Assembly (NCBI GenBank): GCA_043228905.1
Contig: JBHGNT010000001.1
Coordinates: forward strand, 9,424,001 to 9,488,000
Source of the DNA: Azolla caroliniana
Lineage: Eukaryota; Plantae; Polypodiophyta
Length of the DNA stretch: 64,000 nucleotides
Direction of reading: 5' to 3'
The position numbers and the translations under genes were made by a program. This document shows, piece by piece, positions 11,488 through 25,152 of the stretch. A model generated the notes under the pieces. That model was not told the DNA's origin. It saw only the letters and a list, made by a program, of their open reading frames with translations, and did not search any database. Positions within the stretch are counted from its first letter, which is position 1, and each line of letters opens with the position of its first letter.

Positions 11488-14292
11488 TTATTCTTCATCG
11501 AGTATGTCCAGAATGCTCTGGTCAAGAGGTTCAAGGGGTTCCTCACTTTGCCGCTCTTGCTCTAGCTCTTGCTGCTGTGGCTGTTGCTTTCCTACTCCAG
11601 CATTTGCATCTTCTCCGGCTTCATCTACTCTCACCTTTGCTCTTTCCGCTTCCAGCTGCTCTTGTTCGACTTTTGCTGGCTGTTTCGGTACGGTCTCTCC
11701 TGGTTGATCCATTCTGGCTTCATCCTACTGCATTTCTCCGGCTCCGGCTGGATTCGATGGCTGCTCCAGAGATTGCTCTCCATCATTTATGTTGATCACC
11801 GCCGTCCTTCGCGACGTCTCTTGCCGTCTACGCTCCCGTTCGAATCGCTCGAATTGGAGTTGAGTTTTGAGCTGGTCATCATCTAATTTCTCCACCAGCC
11901 GTCTTACAGCCGCCAGTTGTTCTCCTGCTAGGGACAAAAAATTGTCCAACAACTCTTCCCGGTTGGTTACAATACTCTCTGCATCCATCTTATAGAAGTT
12001 GTCTCCGTCCTTTTTCCGGTTCTCAGCATCTACTCGCAGAGTTTGTAATTCCGGCGCTTGTTGTGCCCATTTTGCCCACCATTGCACTGAGCTTTCATCA
12101 ATCATACTCTTTTTCCTTACTTTCCATGCTAGCACAATGGCGCGGATCCGGTTGAGCCCCATCTTGGATTTGTCCTCCATGAACTACTTTTCCTCCTTTA
12201 GCTTCTTTATCATGCCCGCCCCATATTCCAGCAATTGAGTCTGATAAGTTGTTTAAACCCTATTCAGAGCCAATTTTGCTTGTTCCATCTCTTCATAATG
12301 TTATTCGGTGAACGCCGTCCTTTCCCTTGCCGCTTCCTCTAGCAGCTTTGCCGACTCAACCACCTTCATTCGTTGTTCCGCCAACACCGCTATTTTCTTG
12401 GTTACTTTATTCCGGAGTTCTCTAATCTTCTCTTGCTGCCGGTCACATTCCACCATCAACTTCTTGTGCTCTACTTCCAAGTGCTTGTGATCCCGGTGTA
12501 GTCTTTCAAAGTCCTCAGTCTTCTAATTTAACCTCTAGTTGATTTGACTTCTTGCTCGGTCTTCTTTGTCTTTCTGTTGTCAGAGCTCTTCTTTCAGTCG
12601 TTCAGTCTCTTCTTCTACCATCCTGCGCAACTTGTCTTTCTCTTGCAGAAGTTTGTCTTTTTCCTCTTTTAACCGGTTGTTGGCTGCCTGAGTCTTTTGG
12701 AGGTTTTCTTCTATTTTTTGCTTCTCCTCCGCCGATATCTTCTTCTGTTCCTTGTCTCTGGCCCACAAGGCCTCCTGAGCTGCTAACTCCTCCCTTAGGT
12801 GGAGTGTTCCTGTTCTCGTGCAATATTGCTTTCCGGTTCTGTAGAAGCTACCGGTTCAGTGCTTGTTTGTAAATTAACCGGTGCCACAGGTTCTGATGTA
12901 CTTGGCCCGGTAAGGACCTTCCTAGCCGCTTTTGCCTTGGCCTTCTCTAGGTCTTCCTCCAAGTTCCTGATTCATGTCCGGGCCTTCTCCAATTCCTCGG
13001 TGGTGGCGAACAACTGGTCCCATTGCATTTCTTCTTCTTCTTCTATTCGGCTCACCACCCCAGCTACCTGCTCTCCGATCCAACACAACCATTGACTGCC
13101 GGTGCCTTGTTGTCTCGCCGGTTCCGGTAGTGGTGCCAACTCTAGTCTCGCCTCGAGCCCTTGTTGTACTACTGGCTTTGACCGCAACTCCTATTCTTGC
13201 TGCACTTATCGATCCGATGAGATGTGTAGTTTCATCACTGGTTCTGGTATAATCGGTGCCACCGCTTCTGGCCGAACATGCCTGGTCTCCTGCCTTGGCT
13301 CTCGTCCCTTGGCGCGAGGAGTCTGTGTGCTGTCCTTCTTCGGATCCGATCCGTCCCTGTTCTCCTCCATGTCGCGTCTTCGTTGGTGACGTTGGAGATT
13401 GTCGACGGGGTTCTTTGTCCACCTCCTCCTAGGTTAAAGGTATATGCCGATTACTGGAACTACTTTTCTTTCAAGTACTCTTTCTCTATGTGGTATACCA
13501 CCACTTTCAATGTTAATCTTTTGAGCCAAGGTGGGCGACTCTCGTGCTTGCCGACATAGTTTTATTTTTAGGGGCTTCATCGGTAGCTCCATCGGTGCCT
13601 CGTTCTTCGCCTGCTATTTCTGGCTTGGTTTTTCCTTTTCCGCATGTGTTGACGGTTCCTGTTCCTTTTGCGCCGATCCTCCCTCTGAGCATTCGGGAGT
13701 GTGCTTGGCGAGGAGTTGTTGCCGCTTAGATGGCTTGGTGGGCATTGTTTCCGTCATTCAAGCCCGCTTCTTGTCTTTTAGGGCTCGTACCGAGGGTGCG
13801 AGAAGGATGAGCCACTGCGCCACCGCGGTCCATACCTTCTTTCCATCCACGATCGATTGGATGACCGCTCGCAATGAGTCGGCGGTGATCACTGGCCAAT
13901 CCACTCGAATCCCTTCATATGTTGCGATGAGAAATCAACCATGTTCTTAGGCATCGCCTGAGGGCGAGGGTGCATGGAGTCGTATTCATGAAGCACACTG
14001 GCTACTTCTCGAAACAGGGCATCTTCGCTGCCCTGTGTCCGGTACGCTTTGTTGGCGAGGGAGTATTTGCCAAAGAACTTTGTCACCATCTCTGGGGAAG
14101 GATTCTCGATGGAGAAAACCCCTCCCTCTGGTAGACCTATGAGGGCCCTGATAGCGTCCTCCGTGATTTCTTCAAGGTCGATTTTCTGCGCGACCTTTTC
14201 CGGTTCTTCGTGAGGAGGTGCTTTGACTACCTGGAGGAAACCCTCCAGTCCATTCTGGGTTAGCCACTTCTTTGCTGTTTCAGAGAGCGCCA
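11488..14292 (-). pseudogene. Extra ORF(s) downstream of pol; PMD-like N-terminus and long coiled-coil C-terminus, fragmented
   Basis: ORFs 13889..14566 (ITEDAIRALIGLPEGG), 12972..13187, 12580..12768, 11725..12180 and 11488..11712; E/K/Q-rich. Confidence 0.6.
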
Positions 14293-14699
14293 TTGGTGGA
14301 GGGTTGTTGTTGGTTTTGTTTGTGCTAGGGAGCTTTGGCGCGCCAGTGCTTCCTATTTGTGCGCGTTGGATAACCTGTATCTGCCTCTGCTCTTTGTACG
14401 CTCTGTTCTCGCGAAATGAAAATGCTTCTATGATGCAAATGTTTTGTGTCCCCATTTTTCTGCCTTGTATTGGTTCCCGCACATGCACGTCGTGTACCAT
14501 AATAAGGGTTGTACGCCGCATGGTGCGCTTTAAATAGCTGACATCACGCCGTTTCGGGGTGTCCATTCATCATCATTTTTTTATCTTTGTACGGAGAAGT
14601 GTTATCATATTGCCATAGTAATTAACACTGCTGGATCCAGTTTAAGTGCCTCCTGGTTACCACTCCCGGTTTCCACTCCGTCATCCGGTTGCTTGAACG

Positions 14700-17530
14700 G
14701 ATTTCATGGCATCGGTCTGTGATAAGGTTTCAGTCGGAAACTGTTTACCGACTTCTCTAGGATTTCGCCAGCCAACATCCCTAATTAATAGGACCCCTTG
14801 AATTCTTGTGTTATCTAGTATGGTCCGGTCCACCAAAACCGTAGTTTTACCGGCATCTTGCCCATCCGGGTCTGGAATACCAGTACCGCCTTGCCGATCC
14901 CGAACAACTTTTCATTCCCCTTCCGGTGCCGGTCGACGAACGCTTTCTGCCGTCTTTGTTCGAGCTCCAAGTGGAGTACGGAATCTATTCGGTGCTCCTC
15001 CAACTCGCACAATGTTAACAACCAGAGTTTTTCCGATTCTTTCTCGCTCAATCTCTCCCGGACCTGTATTCGTAAACTTGGAATCTGAAATTCCATAGGC
15101 ATTACCACCTCCAATCCAAAAGCTAACCGGAACGGTGTTGTTCGGATACTTGTCTTATATGCGGTTCGGTATGCCCATAGCACGCTCTGTAGTTTCGTGT
15201 CCCAATCGGTCCGGTTTTCATTGACAATCTTCCATAGAATATTTTGAAGTGTCTTGTTGGTGGACTCCGCTAATCCATTGGTCCGCGGATAGTATGGCGT
15301 ACTGCGCTTGTGCACCACTCTGTAGAATGTTGTTAAGCTCTCCACCACTTGTCCGAGGAAGTGTCTGCCCTGATCGTTAATCAGCTCGATCAGACATCCG
15401 TAATGACACCAAATGTGCTCATATAGAAATGTTGCTGTCGATGCCGCTGTATTATCTCTGAGTGCTTTTGCTTCCACCCACTTTGTGCACTAATGTTGCA
15501 ACAATAATATACCGGTTATCGGTTCTCATCGCCGGTGGTTTGAATGGCCTGACAAAATCCAATCCCCATTTTTGGAAGGGATCCAATGGTAACATCGGTT
15601 GATGCGACATCCTTGCTTCCTCCGTTGGCTCGAATTCCCTTGCATAATGGATGGCGTCTTTTAGTTTTGTGGGCCACCACAATCCGCTTCTCCATATTTT
15701 CCTTGCCGTTGCATCTCCAGCACAGTGGTCTCTTGCCACTCCACAATGAGCTTCTCAAAGGATTGCGTCTTTTTCGTCGATCTGGACCGCACGTCGCCAA
15801 ATTCCATCGGCTCCTTTATGGAATAACGTGTCTTGTAGTAAACAAAAGTGACGGCTTTTTACCACCAACCGTTTCCGCTCGTCTCGGTTTAAATCCTCCG
15901 GAGGCAGTCCGGAGCTCAGGAAATGATGAATATTCGTAAGCCACTTGTCTTCGTCGCCCACCGTCTCATCTTGTCTTCGTCGTTCACCGTCTGCGCATCC
16001 GGAAACTCCTCCCGGACTCTGTCACTTGCCTCCCTAGATTCTAATTGGCTTACGTAATCTGCTACTGCATGTTGCACTATCGGTTTGTGGTAAATGAGAG
16101 TGGAAACGCGTCCATGACTGTTGCGGCATTTAATTTCCGGTAATCCACACATACCTGAATTTTGCCATTCTTCTTGGGAACTACCACAATCGGGCTTAGC
16201 CATGTTGCCTGCTTCACCAGTCGGATAAAACCAACTCAAAGTAATTTGTCGATTTCTTCCTTTACTTTGGCCGCATAATTTGGATTCATACGGTATCGTC
16301 TCTACACGACCGGTTTTTCGTCTTTGCTTAGGTGGATTTGGTGTTCATATAGCTAGGGGTCCAATCCTCACATGTCTTCGTATGACCATGCGAATACGTC
16401 CCGGAATTCTTTTAGTAGCGCCACCAGTGCCGATTTTTCTGTCGATGGCATTTCTTTTGCCACATTTACCGTTGCGATACTGCCATTTCCCGGTCCAGGG
16501 CTTCTTGGGCCTATTGTAATTCTCGGATGGCGTCCCGATCCGGCTCCCTACCGACTGCTTCTGGTTGTACGATATATGGGTGACTACTTCGGCAACATCC
16601 ACTTTGAACAACGTGACTATATTTGGGTGCTCGTCGAGGTGTCGATCTACCTCTTTGTCGGCTAGCCCATCTAACATGTTAATGCTTTTGGCATACAATG
16701 GCGTTACGTCCTTGCTTGCGCGTGCTCGGGTTTGTGTTGGCACTCACACCTTGACTTTCCCTCTCCGGAATGTAATAATGTTTTCGACCATTTCTGTTTT
16801 ATATGCGTTGTTCACAGCCATGGTCGTCCCAACAATAGAGGGTATGCTCCTTGTGTGCTCAATTGCAGAACCACCGCGGAGATTCGGAATGTATGTCCTC
16901 TGATTGTGACTTCCAAATCCCGGATTAATCCGACTAGTCGGACCGAACTAGTATCTGCCATCTGGAGCCAGAATGGGCATGACTCCCATTCTTGTATTCC
17001 CAATGTATCACATGTTCGTTGGCGAATGACATTCACCCCCGATCCACCATCGACGATTGTTCCGGGTACCTCACGTCCCTTGACGATGGCTGTGATCGCC
17101 GGGTTGCTGGTGTCCACCACTGCCGGTCCTTCTTCCGGATTAGAAAAGAGAACCCGAGCTGGCTCAGAGTTTTGTGGTGCCAATGCCGATTTCAGGCTGT
17201 CGGTGAATCGAGGCACTAATTGCAGTAGATGGCCCAGTGGCAGCATAATCTGGCAGTCCTATAATGCCTACCACATGGGGTTTTCGTTCGTGGTCTCTAT
17301 TATTTCCTCCATAAGCTTTATTTGTTCACGTACTTCGGTGACGTTCTGTTTGTTTGCCTTTTTTATCCATTCCGTGGCTTGCTTTTGGATTGCTTCCTGA
17401 GCCTCCCATTCGGCCATCTTTCCTTTTGATCGGGTAGTGACCTATTGAATGTTGGCCACCTCCGCAATCACCATATTAACTGTCGGTTGTTTCTCGCTGC
17501 TCTTGACCGGACACTAGTTGTTGTAGTGTC
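14700..17530 (-). pseudogene. Gypsy pol remnants (protease, RT N-terminus, integrase); most of RT and RNase H deleted near 16085
   Basis: TIVDGGSGVN; CVDYRKLN..DAFPL jumping to QHAVADYVS; WGLDFV, NDQG, NGLAES and W-T-G-P-Y. Confidence 0.88.
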
Positions 17531-17535
17531 TGTCT

Positions 17536-18054
17536 TGTTGAGAATTGCGAAATATTGCTCGGCCACAACCGAGTATTGAATCACAGAAATGGAAAGAACG
17601 AGAGAGTACACAGAAATGATGCAGGATATTTACGTGGAAAACCCTGAATGGGAAAAACCATGGGAGCCCAGAGACTCCAACTATTACTATGAAGAAAAGA
17701 GGGTACAATCAGAAACTCAGAGGCAACGACCTCAAGCTCTATTTCTTTGCCAACCGGCAGTTACAACAGAATATTTCTCTGTATCTCACTCTCTGTCACT
17801 CTCTCTCTATCACTCTCTGTCGCTCTCTGTATAGTAGTTATGCACCTACAACAATATCAACAACCTTACAAAAACACATATGAAGTGATTGCCCTAAGTC
17901 ATATTTATATTATATGAACTTAGGGCTATTTACAAATATAGCCTCAATAGGCTTACTCGAAACATATTTACAGATATGTCTTCTCTCTTCCGATTCTCAC
18001 CGGGTCTTCTTCATTCATCACCGGATCCCATTCGGAGGGACCGATTTCCCAACA
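17536..18054 (-). mobile_element. Copia solo LTR (partial duplicate at 22989-23422)
   Basis: TG..CA ends; TSD TGTCT (17531-17535, 18055-18059); homologous to the LTRs at 37887 and 41305. Confidence 0.9.
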
Positions 18055-18404
18055 TGTCTTGCCTGTAATAATAGCAATACACCTTCCGTGTATTACTAGT
18101 CTCTGCTTTTGTCGTGTTACCCGGTTGAAAACCGGATATTGCCCGGTTGGGCTCCTCTAATCTTCGTTGGTCTGATTGAACACCCGTGATGTTTCTATCC
18201 GGCTCCCGTTGATAATCCTTTGTCGGTTCCCGACGCTCCTCTCTCCGAACATTCTGTTTTTTATTGTAGCATCGGTTGTTCCAATATCCCTACTGACGGC
18301 TATCCGAATATGCATAGTCTCCTCATTGGTCATTCCTCCTCCGATAATGGTTGGGGGAGTACTGATGATAATATCGATCATGGTTATAGTCTTGGCCTCT
18401 ATCA
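17621..18404. repeat. 784-bp direct repeat, copy 1
   Basis: Colinear with 22989-23772 (part solo LTR, part Gypsy gag), with scattered substitutions. Confidence 0.93.
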
Positions 18405-18575
18405 GGTAAATTTTTAGGAAGAGAAATTTCAAAAAAAATTAAATTTTATTTAAAAAAAAACATTTATATATAATGAAGTTTCAAATTTCATTTTCATTAT
18501 TGTGACAACGAATCCATCGAGCTCAGAGCACAGACTAATTTCAAGCACTCCAAAGCACTACCTCCTCCAGGCATC

Positions 18576-21500
18576 ATGAATAAGGGAAAGAAGATCGCTA
18601 GGTTAGCAATATTCTTTACATTTTTTAAGATTCTAAAAGATGCCTTAAAGATTCCTTTTCACAATAAGCAATAATCCCCAAATATTTTGTTAAGGAAACA
18701 CATCATCGAATTAAAATGCACTTAAACTTCACTAGATGGTTAAGGAGAAGTCATGGCACAATCCTTAGCAGTGCATGGGATTGTGGTTGAATCAATGCAT
18801 TCAACCAAAATCCGATGCACTGCATCGGATTTTGGTTGAAAAAATAGGGTTTTGCAGATAGAAAATTTATGTCCCTCATCACAGTTTTCTCATCACTTTG
18901 ATACTATTTTTAGTGTTTTGCATTTAATTGTTCTTTATATTACTGCTTTCTCCATTGTTTTTGTTCAAATAATATGGTCTTGTTCGTAATTAACCTAAAT
19001 AGGATGTTGTCTTAATTTCAGCGACTCTCGTCAAAAAGTTCCTTCGTTTAAACTAAGGATTCAAAATCCAACAAAGCGAGATTCTGACTCTTTGTCAAAG
19101 ATGTCTCTAGAAGAACTCTATTTGACTTAACGGGGGATGGAGCATCTAAGTCTTCTGTTGCAACAACCAAAAATAGCAAGGGTGGGGCCCAGGAAGAGAA
19201 AACATCTGAACTTAAATATAAGAATTACCCAGAGTTAGAATGGTGTCTCTCTTATGTCGAGGAAGATGGGGTGCTACTCTTAATAACAACTATGGAGCTG
19301 TAAAGGCAAATTGGAGCTTGGAAAAACATTTAACTATGGAGATGTAACCAAGCTAGAATATGAAGATAGTGATTCTTCGAGTATTATAATCGATGTCTCG
19401 AGCTCTGTTCTCTAGACGATTGTGTCTTGATGAGGGAAACCTAGTAGCAGAATGTTGCAACCCCAAGTCATTACGTAAAGACATTCAAACGATGAACAAC
19501 TTATTAGTTGCACTGCGACCGTATGTGACAGGAGAAATGATGGGCGGTGAAGCACAAACTCCACCAAAAAAGTCTAGAAAGACAAATCCGGTTCATAGGA
19601 AATACAACAAATGACCACGAACCGACGAAGATGATGAAGAGGTTAAAGAATTCGTGGAGGAAGAAGAGAGCACCACGTCGACGTCGTGGCTTTGGGAGGT
19701 CAACTATCTTCCGGTGTATTGACGTCTGAACAAAATAAAATAAGAGAAAATATTGTTAAGACCAAAATTGTGCGTAAGGGGCAGCTGTTTCATTTGCCAA
19801 TTACTTCAATCCAGAGGCCTCCAATTGATCCCTTGACTGGAAGACGCCCCCTAGAAATTAGAGAGCCGCACGCTATCCATGTGCAAAACTTGAAGAGCAA
19901 AATGAAAATTAATCCTCATGCTACTGTCATGCCATTTTTAGTAATGGTCGATCAAGATCAATGTCCAACAATAATAGACTTCAAGTATAGCTCTGCTGAT
20001 GATTATACATATTATGTAATTGGAGGATCGCATTCGGCCGAAGCTCGTAGACAGCTAGTGAAAGAATACCCTCTCACCCCCTTCTTTAAGTACGCCGAAT
20101 GTAAAGTATATGCAGGACTCACTCACGATGAGGCGAAGCTACTAGCATGGGACCATAACAATGATAATGATTATAGGCAAAAGATGTCATGCATTAAAAG
20201 GATCAGTTTTTTTCATCATGAGTACCTAGATGCATTAAATCGTTTTGGTCCAAGGTTATGGCTTGGTTTGCATCGCCAGTGTTTACTGGAAGTGGGGATT
20301 GCAGTGGATGAGAGCACAAAATCAGAAGGACTGCGAAAATATGATTCTTGGTTTCAACTAGCCTTTCGGACCGAAGAGGTGTGGGATCTCCAGGAAAAAA
20401 TATTTAACATGTGGGAGTGGAAAGAGGTCAAAGGGCAAATGTCAAAGAAGGGAAGGATTGATCCACAAGTTGAGATCAAATCGAAGTCAAAGGGCAAAAG
20501 CGACTTGGTAATCAAGGAGTTAGCAGAAGACATGAAACTTTTACCTTGGAGGTCATTACAGGGTATTAAAGATGATAGGCTATTAATATCGGTGCTATCT
20601 CGAGTTGTTGCCAAGGAATTTAGTTTGGATGAGATGGTTACTGAATTGCAAAAGTAAGGGTTTATAGTATACAATGTTTCAGGATATTCTTCTATTATTA
20701 TTGATTTTTAATTTTTAATTTCATATTTATTGTATAGTCACAAGGTATACATGAAGATTCAGGAGTTGATGATGCAAAAATTGAGTTTACCGACATGGGA
20801 AGAAGTCGAGCAAGCCGATAACTTCTTCCTACAAGGCATTGGAGGAATATTTTATTGTTTTTAGAGAATGGGTATGTGTCATTTGAATGTTAATACATTG
20901 AAAGCTAATGTTCTCTCCTAACAACATTGACACTTGCAGAAACCATCGAAATAAAAAAAGACCAATGACAATAATGATGGTATTCCAGCTGCCTTTATCA
21001 CACACTTAGAATGTGCAAAGTATGAGAAGAGAATGACCAAAGGGAAAGAGATGGAACTGCCTGAGGATTCGGAGACTGCGAAGAGTTTTTTGCATAGGTC
21101 CGATCCTTATAAACAGTTACATTATAGTGTATTTAATGGGGAAGTATCACAAATGCTCGATCAGTTACCGAGAAGGCACTACTCTTTCCTGATAGCCGAC
21201 ATACCATATGGATTCCGAATTGCGGGATCAACATACGATGATGTGCCTTTCAAGTACCCCCAAATCGAGAAGATGGTAAAGGATTTCGCCGAACTGACAT
21301 TGGTCCCCTTGTTGAGGATAATCATATTCCATAGCATGGGGCAATCACTGTCAGTCACAACAGCTCTGAAGTCACGTTGTCATGCCACTGAACACATGCA
21401 TTGGTGTGTCACAGTTTGTTTTTAATCATTATGATACTTGTTATTATATGTTGACATTCATACCTCTAAAACATGATTTTATTTCTTTGTAGGATTAAAC

Positions 21501-22219
21501 CAAATATTACACGTAGCCCTGGCGATCGAATGGTTAGTGCAGTCGAACATTTTTGTGTGGGTTACTATGATTCAATAACAAAGAAGAAGGCTAGAGCACA
21601 TGTCAACAAGCGTGACATGGTAAATTATATCATGTGCCCAGCTGTCACAAAAAAATTAAGACATGTTTCAGGTGATAAGAGTATGGTGAATCCTTATCAA
21701 AAACCTCAAAGATTGATCAACCGCTTCCTAGAGCTCTTCTCGAATCTAGATGATTGGGTCCTAGACTTGTTCTCTGGCATAGGTATATAAAATATATTTA
21801 CTTTGATTTCTGTCGATCAAGTTTAAGACTTTAATTCTTATATATACTTGTTCGTGTTCATGCGGTCATTAGGTACTACAACTTGTGCATTGAAGATGTT
21901 TCAAAACTGTGTTGCGTTGGAGAAGGACCCTGCACAAGTTAACTTCATCAAAATGAGGATCACAGGAATCTGGGACTGTCCAAATCAGGATCAAGAAGTC
22001 AGAGCTAAGCACATCAATGAGATAGAGATGTTCCAAATGACTTCACGAGAACCAATGGAACCTATTGATGAAGAAGCAGGGGAGCTTGTGGACCTAGAAG
22101 ATGTAACACAATTTGAACATACATTAGACTCAGGAGAGCGTGGAGATGACACAAATGAGAATAGTCTAGAACAATCAGCGCCTGAAGAGCCTAGTGTGCT
22201 AGATTTGCTTATAGATTGA
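18576..22219 (+). pseudogene. ParB-like + N6A/N4C DNA methyltransferase fusion gene, copy A (6 exons)
   Basis: Predicted exons 18576-18601, 19022-20653, 20738-20871, 20940-21403, 21493-21782 and 21873-22219 (GT-AG); motifs YVIGGSHSAEAR, LIADIPYG, NPYQKP, VLDLFSGIG-TT and VALEKD; stops and frameshifts in 5' exon 2. Confidence 0.85.
18800..18840. repeat. Perfect palindrome (20-bp arms, 1-nt spacer) in intron 1 of copy A
   Basis: TTCAACCAAAATCCGATGCA-C-TGCATCGGATTTTGGTTGAA, plus a degenerate extra arm at 18768-18792. Confidence 0.92.
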
Positions 22220-22988
22220 TTTAGATGGCATAATGTATACTTTGAGGATTTTTGAGGCATAATGTATACCTTGACTTGATATTGTTTTTGTATATGAGAA
22301 CATAAGTAATCGTTTACCATTTAATTTTATTCAACTGTTCATAATTTCACTTTTTAATCATTTTTTGAACTGTAATTTGTATATACATATGATTGGTCAC
22401 CATGCTCTTCTCCAGTTTGGGGTATTAACATGATATTATACTTTCTCATTTCTCCTAGCATGATTATATACATGAACTTGTGAATGTTCTTGATAATAAA
22501 TGGTTTTCAGTTTGCTACGTTCCAAGTATGTTGGTTTCAAATAGTATAAATGAACGTGGTACATAATTGTTACTCTTACCAATTACATTGTGATGGATTA
22601 TATGACATTATACAACGAATCTATCGATATACCCGTCCAACAAGTGGGGGACTACTTTTTTCCTCAACCCTAAACCACATATTAACATTTAGGGTTTATG
22701 TAGTTTTACTCTACAATTTGAATATGGATACCAAATAAAGATGTTTAATATTCAACCTAGTATTCAATTGTACTCCAGGATATACAAATTGACACGAAAA
22801 CAAGACGTATACAATTCACCAAGTGCTTGGATTTTATTTGGTTATATATTTCACCATCCATTTGCAAAATAGGTATGCATGCATTGTACATTTTCGAGAT
22901 CATGCTAAATTAGGGTACTTTTCTATATCTCACCAACTATGGCAAAAGAGAATATGACATATTACCTGTTTCAAATGACCCGGTGTTC

Positions 22989-23772
22989 GCAGGATGTTTA
23001 CGTGGAAAACCCTGAATGGGAAAAACCACGGGAGCCCAGAGACTCCAACTATCACTATGAAGAAAAGAGGGTACAATCAGAAACTCAGAGGCAACGACCT
23101 CAAGCTCTGGTTCTTCGCCAACCAGCAATTACAACAGAGTATTTCTCTGTATCTCACTCTCTGTCACTCTCTCTCTGTCACTCTCTATCGCTCTCTGTAT
23201 AGTAGTTATGCACCTACAACAATATCAACAACCTTACAAAAACACATATGAAGTGATTGCCCTAAGTCATATTTATATTATATGAACTTAGGGCTATTTA
23301 CAAATATAGCCTCAATAGGCTTACTCGAAACATATTTACAGATATGTCTTCTCTCTTCCGGTTCTCACTGGGTCTTCTTCATTCATCACCGGATCCCATT
23401 CAGAGGGACCGATTTCCCAACACGTCTTGCATGCAATAATAGCAATACACCTTCCGTGTATTACTAGTCTCCGCTTTTGTCCTGTTACCCGGCTGAAAAC
23501 CGTATATTGCCCGGTTGGGCTCCTCTAATCTTCGTTGCTCTGTTTGAACACGTGTGATGTTTCTATCCGGCTCCCGTTGATAATCCTTTGCCGGTTCCCG
23601 ACACTTCTCTCTCTGAACATTCCGTTTTTTATTGTAGCGTCGGTTGTTTCGATATCCCTACTGACGGCTATCCGAATATGCATAGTCTCCTCGTTGGTCA
23701 TCCCTCCTCCGATTATGGCCGGGGGAGTACTCACGATCATATCGATCACGGTTATAGTCTTGGCCTCTATCA
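22989..23772. repeat. 784-bp direct repeat, copy 2
   Basis: Matches 17621-18404. Confidence 0.93.
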
Positions 23773-25152
23773 TTATGGTCCCGCTCATAGTCGTCCCATC
23801 TATCTTCGTATCGGATGTCTTGGATCGGTCTGTAACGATTGTCTCGCCGGAACCGTTCTTCTTCGTCTTGTCGGTCGGTTTGGGGTTCGATAAGCCGTAC
23901 TGGTGCTGCCTGCCGGTTTAGCAGATTATATTCACATCGGTCCATTGTGTGTGATTGGGAGTGGCATAGCATGCATTGTGATCTCATCGTGCATTCTACC
24001 ATTGAGTGCTCGGAATTAAGGCACGTCGTGCATTGGACGGCTTGGCAAAATTGTAGGTCCTATTCGGTAGGGAGTGCTCGTTGGAATGCCCCCATCGTCA
24101 GCCAGGAACTATTCTTGTCCATGTCCATGACCCAGTCTATGACATGGTCTATTGTGCTGGTCCGAAAATCTATGATTGCACACACTGTTTGGAGGGGTTC
24201 CCGGAGCGCCGCCAAAAATACCGCTTTCGCTTCTTCTTCTGGCGGTGCTCTGGTGAGTTGGCTATGCATTTCTTGGAACCGTATGACGAACTATTGAATG
24301 GTTTATGTTGGGTCTTGTCGTGTCATATAGAATTGTTCGACAATGTCCCTTTGATCCACCTGTCTGTGGAAGAAACATAGAAACCTTGTCTTTAACTCTT
24401 CACATGTGTTAATACTGTCGGGGAGGTGCTTAGAACGCCATCGTGCCGCTGGTCCCTCCAAATTCATGCCGAATTCTGCTATCTTTGATTGCTCGGCCTC
24501 TGTTTCATTCAATCGTTGGGACACGTGGTTCGCCTCCCATGTTTGGAGGGAGGCGTATATGTGGGCTTCCGCGTCCGGGTCATCTTAATATTTCAAATAT
24601 TGGTATGGCATGGTGTCGTCGTCTATTGGGTCTGCCAGAGGTGGTGTCGGTACCCGCTCCTCCTGTTTCTTTGGTGATTCGGGAGGTGGTATCAGAGCCC
24701 ATTCCTCCTGAGTCTCCATTTGGTTTTGTGGTGGTGTCGGTACTTGCTCGTCCGACCCTGTTTCGTAAACTAGGGATGCCGGTTTTGTCATTTCAGATTC
24801 TGGCGTCGGTATGTTTTTTGAATCGTCTTCTTCCGGGCTTTCCGGGGTGTCGTGACTTCTCCGATAATTGGACTGAGCGCTATGCTCCCCATCCAAATAC
24901 GATTCAATTTCCGAGAACGCTCCTAAATCTCCCTCGCCCGTCGCAAGGGTCTGTAAGATGGATTCTGTGTCCCGCAAACTGCTGAAACTGCTTCCTTCGT
25001 CCGGGTATAGATTGTGCTGTAACCGGAGTGATTCCTCCACGACCCATTGAATCATTATAGAAAAGACCGATCCGACCGGATCTCCTCAGCCGCCTGCTGG
25101 TAAGCCTCCCGCTTCCGCAGTCTCTCGGATAGTCTTTTTGCTCATTCGACAA
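23423..25152 (-). pseudogene. Gypsy gag, fragmented
   Basis: EGPAARW...EELKTRFL (Retrotrans_gag-like); Cys/His knuckles CTTCLNSEH..C and CMLCHSQSH...C. Confidence 0.82.

Noticed and set aside
18405-22988. Bacterial contamination or prophage as the source of the ParB-MTase
   Set aside because: Five GT-AG introns are conserved between both copies, and both copies are embedded in plant TEs
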